Assembly (NCBI GenBank): GCA_010356995.1
Contig: ML996689.1
Coordinates: 1,692,691-1,756,690, forward strand
DNA length: 64,000 bases
Direction: 5' to 3'
DNA from: Trichodelitschia bisporula
Taxonomy: Eukaryota
This document shows positions 22,950-32,958 of the stretch, piece by piece. Within the stretch, counting starts at the first letter, position 1. Each line of letters opens with the position of its first letter. The translations under genes were made by a program, and so were the position numbers. A model generated the notes under the pieces. It searched no databases and was not told the DNA's origin. It worked only from the letters and a program-made list of their open reading frames with translations.

Positions 22950-24255
22950 ATCGGCAACGGGGAAGACGCGTTGTAGAGCGAATGCCGATTATATTTCGGT
23001 GTTTTGATGTCGGACTTCACGATGGACGTGGCGCGCCACACGTCGGTGACGCGCCACACGTGATAGGGCGTACCTTTTTGATGCCTCACATTTGCCTGAG
23101 GCCATATTTCTCGGCTTCGAGTGCCAATTCCGATCATCAGTTCGTCAACTCGGGCCGACACCACGAACCCAAACAAAGGATTGTGCAGCACATCAATGCA
23201 CACAGCCTTCCAACCCCCACAAAAGTCTAGAACACTCACCCACTGTATCAGTTTTCATCCATGCACAAGCACATGGCCGAACAAGGGCTTCCACCCCACT
23301 CCAACACGCGCGTTCGCCTCCACCTACCGCAGAACGCAAACCAACGTGCCGAAGACCGATTTGCCCTCCACAGCGCCCTCTGCCAATGTTCCGCCGCACA
23401 CAAAACGTCCGACTGGCTCGCCAGCATCATCATCTCCACCACAGCGCTGCAACCTCGTGCAGATCCCCTTCTCGGACGCCAGGGCTTGCGCAGACGAGGA
23501 CGCACAACGCATCCCAAGTCCCCTCGCAATCGCACTCACGTAGCATCGCACTTTTTTCCCCCGTAACTCAATCACGATCTTCGGCTTCTTCGCCCTTCGA
23601 TTCAATACCCGTAGCTTGAATGCCCAGCGCACTAACCCCCCAATCTCACCCCCTAGCCCCATCTCCGCCCATCTCCCAATGAAGTCAGAGGCGCGATGCC
23701 ACGGCGGGCCGCGCGCATCTCCCGGGAACCACGAGCCCACGGCATGGCGACCACGCCGACCTCGTGCGAGGCTCCACACACAAAGAGGGCCCATTACCTT
23801 CTCTCCCCGCATCACACAACTCCAGGCCTTCGTCATGAACCCGAACAATGAGCAAAATGCACCTAAAAAATGCTCAGCAATCCATGAACGGAGTCATGCC
23901 TTGGCTCCACCCTCGGCCCCCCGGTCCCGACGCCTGGCCCGTTCCTGGCACAGAGCGCGGTGGCGTGTTTCGCGGCGCTATGCCCCGTCGAGCTGGGCAC
24001 GAAAGGTATGCGCACGGATCACCGCGAAGCGTACCACCCTTCTCGTTAGTTTAAAGCCTCCTTTCCCCAGCATCATTCCCTCGTCTTTCCATTTCCCGAA
24101 TCTATTTCCACAACAAGCCAGCGCGTATCCCATCTTCTCGCCACTCGTTTTCAACAACAACTGTCGTTTCCAGTCCTAATTGATATCTGATTGATATCCT
24201 AATACACCGGCCGCATCACTATCCACACCAAACACCACCCCCAAACACCGCAACA

Positions 24256-24833
24256 ATGAAGTTCACCCTCAGCCTCAGCCTCTCCTTCCTGTTCACCCTC
24301 GCCGCCGCCCAAACAACCACCACCACGGCCCTGAGCCCAACCCAGTCCTGTCTGAACAAGTGCCCGGCCGGCGACGTCAACTGCCAAGCCATCTGCGTGG
24401 GCGTGCCGCACCCCGGCGACGCGCAAATGAACGCGACGACCGACTGCGTGGCCAAGTGCGACCAAGGCGATGGGACCGCCGAGGCCACGAACCGCTACTC
24501 CGAGTGCCGCGACCGCTGCATCAGCTCCTACATCATCACCAGCGGCACGGCGGCGCCCGGCGGCGTCTACTCCACGGCTGGGAAGCCGGTTGCCAGTAGC
24601 GATGCTTCGGCGACGGGGAGTGGCGCTGCTGCCTCCGGGACGGGTGCGGGTGGTGAGTTTCTTCCTATTTCCTTAATGTCAAGCTAATAGAAGCAGCTGC
24701 GGGCTCTGGTGCTTCTGCGTCTGCGTCTGGTGCGAAGGCCTCTGGAACCGCGTCTTCCTCGTCCGGCGCGAATATGGTTGAGTCGGCGGGCGGTTTCTTG
24801 GGCCTGTTTGTTGCGGCACTTGCGCTGTTGTAG
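24256..24833 (+). CDS. Secreted, GPI-anchored Cys-rich cell-surface protein (resembles ELI-Ag1-type antigens)
   Basis: Signal peptide MKFTLSLSLSFLFTLAAA; four CxxxC pairs; Ser/Gly/Ala stalk; intron about 24653-24696; hydrophobic end GGFLGLFVAALALL*. ELI-Ag1 resemblance is from memory. Confidence 0.85.
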
Positions 24834-25088
24834 GTCCAGTAATGGATTGTCGGTTGTCAAAAGAGGATGGTTGGAAAATGGAGACGCTGTATCTTCGTGT
24901 ATAGTGCTTCAAACCAGCTCCTGACAGTCAAGTAATGGAGTAGATGATTCATTCTCCAAATCTGCTGCCTTGCCCGCAAATATCGATTCTACTTAGGAAG
25001 GTCAGAGAAGAGTTTCTCCATGTACATTCTGCTTTTCTTTAGTCATCGGTTGGAACGACGCTTTTCACACCGGTCTCCTAAAATGTTC

Positions 25089-26231
25089 CTACCGAGCCAT
25101 GCTGCTAATCACTTCTCTGTGGGCGGCCTTGTCGCGCTTCGTCTCACTCAGCGGCTGGATACCTGGGATTCGGTTAGCGGCTGGCTCGACGACAGGCGTT
25201 CTTTCTTACTCCGCAGATCACCAACAACGTCCTTGGCTACGCAAGGTTAACTCTGTTCTCGGGGTACGGCTGGTGGAGTGCATACCCTTGCCAAAGTAGA
25301 CTTCCTCTGCACGGGGTTAGCAAATATCTCAGATCTTTCGTCGGGGTCATACGGAGCAGGTTTCGCATCTTCAGCTCCATATCCTCAACCATCTATCCCT
25401 GTCAGACTATCCCAGAGCTATCCCGTGGCACAAGTCTACCTTTCCGATATTGATCACGTGGCTGCCGTCGTCCTCGACCGCCATGTCTTGCTCCACTTGC
25501 CGGACCATGTTCCCGCTCAGGTCCATAGAGCCCAGGGTGTCGGTGTTGGTGCCAAGGTTGAGAATGACGGTACTCGTAAGCTTGTAGTGCGACGTACGGT
25601 GGCGGTCCTGGGATTCGAAGACGTGTATGCTGTCCCAGCTACCGGAGGTCTTGCTTGAGGGGTTCACGGCTGGGGCGCAGGCGCGTTAGCGGGCTCCACC
25701 GACCCCGGATACGACCTACATTTCTTGAGCAAGACGCAGCCGGCAAACCCATCGTCAATATCCCAGAGATACACGCTCGAAATGCCGCCCTCGAAATACC
25801 TAACCCATCAGACGCCGCCTGACCGTCCGATCCGATCCGATCTAACACTCACAGCTCACGGTACACATCAAACGCCTCGTTGGCGCGGACCTCCATCTTC
25901 CGGACGCGCTCGCTCGGAACCACACCCTCCTCCTCAAGCGGGGGCTCAAACTCGTTGCTCCATGGCGAGCGCCAGCTGTCGCCGTCACGGTTGTAGTCGC
26001 AGCACAGAAACTCGCGGCCCGTCTTGCGGCAGCGGCGCACGCCGAGCGGCACGTCCACCGACTCGAGCAGGTCCTCGGTCAGCTGCGGTGCGAGGTCGCA
26101 CAGGAGCCCGACGTTACGCGCCGTGTCCTTGGGGTTCAACCGCCGGAGGAGGTCGCTGGGTGGGTTCGTTAGTGGAGTAGTTGGGATGGGCGGTGGCTGG
26201 CTTACAGGGCGCTGTCGAATGGGTCGGCCAT
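25089..26231 (-). CDS. CAP2: F-actin capping protein beta subunit, many short exons
   Basis: [75 protein letters not shown]. Confidence 0.97.
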
Positions 26232-26571
26232 GGTGGTGGAGATGAGGGATGGAGAAGGAGGAGGTCTGGACTGAGTTGACAACTGGGACCGCGACTTGGG
26301 ACTGTGACAGTGGGTTGTGTGTGGGGAGTGAGTTGATTGTTCAATTTGGCTGTTGCGGGGCACCACACGTCTGGGGAGGGGTGGGAGGGATGGCGCTTGT
26401 TTGGTGGTAGGCTGGTGTGGGGTCCAAGCTCACTCTCTCTTTGGCTGATTTGAAGTGGCACGAGCGGTTGCCGTCATCGACTTGCTTTGAATTGAACCTC
26501 GTCTTCTTTTTCTTTTCTCCTATTATTGAATTTACTATCCACACCTGTTTTTCTCAATCTCAAGTGCCGAA

Positions 26572-27142
26572 ATGGCCTCCACCTCTGATGATCCCCGTTC
26601 GAAGCGTGCAGACCTTCTCCGCACAACTTCTCACGACTTCTGCCACGCCCTCCTCAAACGAACATCTCCCAGTGAGCTGCTATCAAAATACTTTACGCAG
26701 AACAACCCTCGTATCACTGAGCATGGTCCGGAGTGGGCCAAAGTGGAGCTTCCTTTCATTGGAACGACGTTTGCTGGAGTGTCGGGTGAGAATAGCTGCG
26801 CGACGTACTTTGAGCAGCTCAACAAGACTCTCATAATGTCACGTCTGAAGCCCAACGCCTTTCCAGGCCCAAACGGCTTCATTGTAGACCCGGAGGCTAC
26901 GACCGGAGAGGCGGGACCCACGGGTGTAGTCTGTGTGGTAGGACGAGGAACGTTTGAAGCCCGGCAGTCCGAGGTGCTGTGGGACGAGAAGTTCATCTAC
27001 AGGCTGAGTGCATTCGATGAAGAAGGTAAGATAGGACATTGGGTACGTTTGCCCCGGTCTGTCAAAGCATCCGTTTAACAGTTGTTAGGAGATTTGGGCA
27101 GATCCTCTCAGTGCATGGGATGCCGTAGTCAGCGGTATTTGA
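26572..27142 (+). CDS. Hypothetical fungal protein, possibly NTF2/SnoaL-like fold
   Basis: PRITEHGPEWA..LPFIG..WDEKFIYRLS..GKIGHW, intron 27043-27088, then EIWADPLSAW. The fold call is inference. Confidence 0.7.
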
Positions 27143-27439
27143 GCCTCGCGTCTGCCTCATCTTCGAAGGATTCCGCTTCGTCTATCTATCGTCAATATCG
27201 TGAACGACTTCAGTAATCTTGATGTTTCAGAGAGTTGTCCCATGCAGATGTACCCCGCCTCATGAACCAGGGCCACTGGGCTGTGCTGCATCCTTCGAAC
27301 CTAAATTATGCAGAACACTCGTGATCGAGCGGCGGCACCTAAGCTGAAGTCAACGTCCCGCTTCTCGGAGCCTTGTTCAAACAACCTCATTTTTGCAATC
27401 TTTCCCCATCCATTCCATATCCTTGTCGCAAACGCCGCA

Positions 27440-29854
27440 ATGGAATCAGCTTCTTCTGCACTGGAATCGACTTCTCCAGCATCGGAATTGACGTCTTCTG
27501 CGCCGGAACTGACATCTCCTACGCCGGAATTGACGTCTCCTGCATCAGAACTGACGTCTCCTGCGCCGGAATTGACGTCTCCTGCACCAGAATTGAGTCT
27601 TCCTGCACCGGAACCGACTCCTCCTCCACCGATACCGACTCCTCCCATACTGGAGTTGAGACCACCTTCCCGCCCCCGCTCATCACGCAGCCATGGCAGC
27701 CTCTCCAGCCTGACCTCCAAAAACCAGCTCTGCGAGATATGCCGCACCATCCCCTTCCGCCACCTCGCAGTCCAACCGGGCGCAACTACAAACGACAACA
27801 AATTGCCCATGCGCTGGAGACTCGGCACCTTCAAGGAGATCCGTGCCCGCGACTGCCCCTTCTGCCGCCTCTTCACCTACCTCATCGACAGCATCGTGTC
27901 CCTCAGCAGCGACACGGTGACGCGGGCTAAAGTCAAGAACGTCGAGGTATACTGGAACTACACCGTGCAGATTTTTCAGCTCCTCGAGCTGCGTATGGTG
28001 TACATAGCCTTGCTGCACGATCCCATCGCGGCTGCGGCTAACTCCCATCCCACACGCCGCCATGCCATTGCCCGTAGGGTCCCGTCGAGCCGCATCGACG
28101 TCGAGCAGATGAAGGGCTGGATCGCCGCGTGTGCTGACGAGCACACCGATACGTGTGCCCGGAGGCCTAATCGCCCCCTCGGCAAGCGCAACCTGCATGA
28201 GTTGCCGACTATCCGCTTCGTCGATGTCATCAACAAGTGCATCGCCGAGCTGCCGCCCACTAAATTCCCCGTCTACGCCGCGCTGAGCTATGTGTGGGGG
28301 AGCGTGTTCACTACGCGGCTCAGCACGCATAACCGCACCTCGCTGCTCGAACCGGGTATACTGAGGAAACTGTGGAGCCGCCTCCCGCGCACCATCCGCG
28401 ACGCGATTAAACTGACTAAGCAGCTCGGGATGCAGTATCTCTGGGTCGACAGTCTGTGCCTCGTCCAGAACGACCCGCAGGATGTGGAGAATGGGATCCG
28501 CCTCATGGACTGCATCTACGAAGAAGCGGCGGTGACCATCGTCGCTGCGTCCGGCGACCACGCCGACTACGGGATCCCCGGCGTCGCGTCCACGGGCCGG
28601 ACGTTGGCGCATCGGATCGTCGAGGTCAAGCCGGGGGTCGAAGTCATAGCGTGCCAGCAGTTCAACGAGGCGCTGAAGAACGCGCCGTACAGCAAGCGGG
28701 CGTGGACGTGCGTGTTTCCCAACCACGCCATTATCAGCGCGTGTCTCCTTGCTAACGCAACCCCTAGATACCAAGAACAACTCCTCTCCCGCTGCGCCCT
28801 CTTCTTCCTCGACGACCAAGTCTTCTTCCGCTGCCGCCGCGGCCTCGCAGCCGAACACATCATCCCCGAGCACTTGGACGACGTATCTTACCCCGTGGTA
28901 AACGGCAACTTACACGGCAAGGCCGCGCGTGGCTCCGCGATACCGTACATCGACTCCGAAGCCGAGGCAATAACCGCCTACGTCACTTTCCTCGAGGAAT
29001 ACTCCTCGCGCCATCTCGCCGACCAATCCGACACCCTCTCCGCCATGGCCGGGATAAGCCAACGCATCGGCGCGCTCATCGACTCCCGCTCCCTCAACGG
29101 CATGCTCGAGAAATACCTCGACCTGCAACTCGCCTTCGAGTCCGAAGCAGATGGCATCACGCTCCGCCGCCGCCCAGCCTTTCCGTCCTACGCCTGGACC
29201 GGCTGGATCGGGCGGAAATATTTCCTAGTGAGGTACCAGCATCTCCGGGACGAGCAACTGGCTTCTCAGAACTGGATCGCGTGGTATGCGCGCACGAAAG
29301 TCGAGACTAAGACGGAAACGAGGGTGGATATGCGGCTTGAGACGCGCATTGAGACGAAGATTGCGACGAGGCGCGTCCCCGCCGCGCGGCTCGAGGGCGG
29401 GTCAAGCACGAGGCTCAAGACGCGCGTGCTGAGGTATGCGAGCGCTGAGGAGGCGAAGGCCGGGGAAAGCGCGCAGCCGAGCGGGATTCCGGATCCGGCA
29501 GTGTTGCCGAAGTATGCGGTGCTGCACTTCCGGACCCTGACGGTCACGCTGCAACTCAAGAAGATAGACGCCTGCCGGGGCAATGCCGAGGTCTTCGATA
29601 GGCGCGGCACGCGACTCGCGCGCAAGATGCGGCTCAACGGGTTCGAGAGCGAGCCCGCGGGTTTCTGGCAGGAAGGATCGCATGAAGAGTTTGCGCTACT
29701 GGGTGTTGAAGGCGCGGTTTTCCGCGCAATTCTGATTATGGCCCGGGACGAGGGGGGTGTGATGGAGAGGAAGGGCATTGTGCATTTGCCTGAGCACGTG
29801 CTCGATACAGGGTTCGAGCCTGGGCCCGTGTGGAAGGATATCGTCCTCGGGTGA
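27440..29854 (+). CDS. HET-domain (heterokaryon incompatibility) protein
   Basis: YAALSYVWG, LPRTIRDAI..LGMQYLWVDSLCLVQND, MDCIYEEAAVTIVAASG, RAWT|YQE split by a 60-nt intron 28708-28767, FPSYAWTGW. Upstream ATG at 27308 is also possible. Confidence 0.93.
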   Translation: MESASSALESTSPASELTSSAPELTSPTPELTSPASELTSPAPELTSPAPELSLPAPEPTPPPPIPTPPILELRPPSRPRSSRSHGSLSSLTSKNQLCEICRTIPFRHLAVQPGATTNDNKLPMRWRLGTFKEIRARDCPFCRLFTYLIDSIVSLSSDTVTRAKVKNVEVYWNYTVQIFQLLELRMVYIALLHDPIAAAANSHPTRRHAIARRVPSSRIDVEQMKGWIAACADEHTDTCARRPNRPLGKRNLHELPTIRFVDVINKCIAELPPTKFPVYAALSYVWGSVFTTRLSTHNRTSLLEPGILRKLWSRLPRTIRDAIKLTKQLGMQYLWVDSLCLVQNDPQDVENGIRLMDCIYEEAAVTIVAASGDHADYGIPGVASTGRTLAHRIVEVKPGVEVIACQQFNEALKNAPYSKRAWTCVFPNHAIISACLLANATPRYQEQLLSRCALFFLDDQVFFRCRRGLAAEHIIPEHLDDVSYPVVNGNLHGKAARGSAIPYIDSEAEAITAYVTFLEEYSSRHLADQSDTLSAMAGISQRIGALIDSRSLNGMLEKYLDLQLAFESEADGITLRRRPAFPSYAWTGWIGRKYFLVRYQHLRDEQLASQNWIAWYARTKVETKTETRVDMRLETRIETKIATRRVPAARLEGGSSTRLKTRVLRYASAEEAKAGESAQPSGIPDPAVLPKYAVLHFRTLTVTLQLKKIDACRGNAEVFDRRGTRLARKMRLNGFESEPAGFWQEGSHEEFALLGVEGAVFRAILIMARDEGGVMERKGIVHLPEHVLDTGFEPGPVWKDIVLG
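27462..27615 (+). repeat. 21-nt coding minisatellite (ELTSPAP-like, about 7 units)
   Basis: ESTSPAS ELTSSAP ELTSPTP ELTSPAS ELTSPAP ELTSPAP ELSLPAP. Confidence 0.92.
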
Positions 29855-29907
29855 GACACTGGGGACGTGGGATTCATTACATTACTTCGTTTACAGTACG
29901 GCTACGA

Positions 29908-31314
29908 CTACGTCAGCGTCCGCCAGTCCGCGACAAACGTCGTGCACCACTCGCGCGCCAGCCCCTCCGCGCGTGGGCCGAGTCCAAACTCAGCAGCCAA
30001 CACATCGGCAACTCGTGCCTCAGTTCGCGCGAGATCAATCGCGCGCTTAGTGCGGCGCAGCAACGGACCCGCCGGATCATCAAACAGAACCAGGTTATCA
30101 GCCACCACGAGCGCCAGCACGCGCAGCCTTAACAGCATCTCGACCGTAGCATCGTCGCCCGCGCGCGCCGCGTCGCCCTTCCCTTTCCACCCCTGCCCCC
30201 GGAGCTCCCAGCCACGCGTCTCGGCGACGAACATGAGCCACGGCTTCGTTGGGCGCGAGTCGACTTCATCGTCGTCGTCGAGGTCGAAGGTGCGCGTACG
30301 GCTGAGCATATCCCCTTTTTTGTCCGGCGCCGGGGAGGTGAGAATGGCGGCACGCGCCCATGCAATGGCGGCGTCGATATGCCGGCCCCACACCTCGCGG
30401 CGGTGGGCCCGCGCAGCTGCCTCGTCAGCCGCGCGCCAGGTGTCCCAGCGGGCAGCGAGGTACGCGAGGGCGAGCCAGGCAGCGGCGATGAGCAGATCGG
30501 GAACGAGATCGAGGGCGACGAAGACGGGGGTGGAGGAGGGGCGGGCGGCCCACAGGCGGGGCGCAGCAGTTACGAGGCGGAGGATGAGGAGCAGCAGTGT
30601 CGGCGAGAGGGCGAGGACGGCAGCGCGGGTAGCGGAGGAGAGCGTGCGACGGCGGGGCGGAGCGAGGGCGTAGAGTGTGAGAGCAGCGAGGACGAGTATG
30701 GTAGCGCCGAGGGCGAGCAGAGCGGCGGCCAGGAGGGTGCGGCTGGCGGCTGTGTAGCGCGCGGGCCCGGCGGTGTGGGCCGCGGTGTACAGGCTCAGGC
30801 CGCGCAGGGAGTAGCCCGAGAGGAGCAGGCAGAGGAGCAGCGAGGACCAGGCACGGCGGGCGAGCTTGATTGCGGGCAGAGAGTGGGCGTGTAGGGCGAG
30901 GGTGAGGGCGCGGAGCAGAGCGAGTGGCATGAGGGCCAGGCCCGTGTCCCAGAGGAAGGCGTACACCAGCGCGAAGTAGGCGCGGCTGGCGCGGAGACGC
31001 GGGCTCGATGCCGCGGCGAGGAAGCCGAAGAGAGAGACGAGGATGTGTGCTGTGGGTGTTAGCTCTGCTTGTACCCTCTCTTCACCACGTATGTGTGCAT
31101 TCTTTGGGTTCTTACCAAAAACAACCGCCCACCAGGGCCCCACCGCAAAACTCTCCCACCTCCTATCCCTTCTCCTCCCACTGCCGCTTATGGGCACGCC
31201 AGGCCGCGGCAGGACATACAGCACGCCGGCTGCAGCGCCGTATAGCAGCAGTAGCACGACGCTGAGGCCCGTGGAGGCGGGGACGAGGGCGGGTGCGGGG
31301 TCATCATAGGACAT
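29908..31314 (-). CDS. Hypothetical multi-pass membrane protein
   Basis: Long ORF with about 6-7 Leu/Ala-rich hydrophobic segments; 66-nt intron 31115-31050 (GTAAGA..GCTAAC..CAG). Confidence 0.7.
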   Translation of the reverse strand: MSYDDPAPALVPASTGLSVVLLLLYGAAAGVLYVLPRPGVPISGSGRRRDRRWESFAVGPWWAVVFGKNPKNAHIRGEERVQAELTPTAHILVSLFGFLAAASSPRLRASRAYFALVYAFLWDTGLALMPLALLRALTLALHAHSLPAIKLARRAWSSLLLCLLLSGYSLRGLSLYTAAHTAGPARYTAASRTLLAAALLALGATILVLAALTLYALAPPRRRTLSSATRAAVLALSPTLLLLILRLVTAAPRLWAARPSSTPVFVALDLVPDLLIAAAWLALAYLAARWDTWRAADEAAARAHRREVWGRHIDAAIAWARAAILTSPAPDKKGDMLSRTRTFDLDDDDEVDSRPTKPWLMFVAETRGWELRGQGWKGKGDAARAGDDATVEMLLRLRVLALVVADNLVLFDDPAGPLLRRTKRAIDLARTEARVADVLAAEFGLGPRAEGLAREWCTTFVADWRTLT

Positions 31315-32958
31315 TGGCCTCGAGGAGGCCGAGGGGAGGAGACATGGACAGGCGACGCTGAGCTGAAGAGAGGGCGGAGCGGGCGTAAAAGTGTTTGGGA
31401 TGGAGTGTAGTATTCGGTGCCTGGAGAGAGTGTGTGGTGTCTGGTTCTAGAGAGCGAGTGTGGTGTCTCTGGAGAGCGAGTGCGGTGGGTGGTTAAGAAG
31501 GGAAGGAGCAATGTGCGCTGGTTGTGTTTATCGCTCGGCCCGGGGCGGCGCGGCTTCTTCTTTTGATGGGCTGCGAGGGGGGGCGCGGATGCGATCGGGG
31601 TGGGGCGATTGAGCGGGCGATACTGTAGCTCTAGAGCAGACGATAACGAGAAGTAGACGGTCGGGTGCTTCTCCGTAGGGGGTGCAGCAGGGCTCTCTCG
31701 TTCGGTAGGGGTGAGGATAGCTATTAGATGCGGGCGATGCGTATGTGGTGTTGGGGCTTAGAGGGGGAGGTGTGTTCTGGGCGGTAGGGGGAGGTGCTAT
31801 GCACGGACGGAGACGGCGGACCGCGTGCTCTTGTGGATTATTTGATTTTGTGCCGGTGAGCGATTCGCACACTATGAGGATTGGGGAGGGGGGAAGCGCG
31901 ATGCCGGCGAAAAGGGGCGATTGAGTTATTGGTGGGTTGGCGGGGGTGGGTGGGGGTATCGGAGCGAAGAGAGGACTGTGTGGTGTGGAAGGTTAGAATA
32001 ATGGGAGAGGATGAAGGATTCGTGATGATTTCTTTGTTTACAGTAGCTGCTGTCGGGATCAAGTGAGATGTTGTTTGATGTGGTGATCAATGGGATATGC
32101 ATTTTTGTGCTTCCTCCAGCTGAGATGCATAGTTCAATCGGGCGGGCTATGCGAACGCCTGCCGAGTCAGATGCAAGCGAAGAGGACGCCAGTGTGTTTG
32201 GAGACGCCAGTTCGCTTGGAGACCAGACCGCTTATTCTTCTTCGCGTTCTTCTTCGCGTTCTTCTTCTCTCGCTTTTTCTTCCTCTTCCTCTTCTTCTTC
32301 CTCGCTCCATCGCCAAATCCTGCCCTTTGACCTCCTTGCCTGGCGTGCCTGGTCCAGAATATGCCCAGATACCAAGCTACTATGCAAGTGGCCGGAGCGA
32401 TGAACAACAACAAACACCATGCACCGCCACATACGACGACAACTCGCTATACACCAATGTCTCTACGGATGTATGCCTTTACTATGCAGACCACTACATG
32501 TCCAACATAACTACACTTCCTGCTTCGTCCTCGCGTCAAGAACCGTCAGTCCAGCGACCGAATCCTGTGGCGGGATCGGGATGTTCGGCCAGAGGCCTTC
32601 CCTATGTATCCATTGCGTAGCCTTCAAAATCTTCAGATATCCTCACGACGTGATTTCAGTCGCCGTCTCGATTGAAGGGCTTATCGACCCGGAACGCGGT
32701 CGATGCCGAGACTGTACGGAGTAGGGAGGTTGATAAGGGATGCGGTCGATGCGGCACGTCGATGATGTCACAGGCCGAAGCATATCAACACCCAACACCC
32801 AATGCCCGGCGACCACCACTCCATTAAGCCCCTCATCCCCAACTGCCCTCCACACGGGTAGGGTATACAAACCCGGGTAATTATATGCTCCTCCCCTCCA
32901 ACCCAACGCCATAAATGCCACCCCCCACCCTGCCCCTCCAACCCCCCCCCACAATCCC

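Noticed and set aside
32068..32724. Short ORFs around a TCT-rich tract
   Set aside because: Low-complexity sequence; no consistent gene model or motif.
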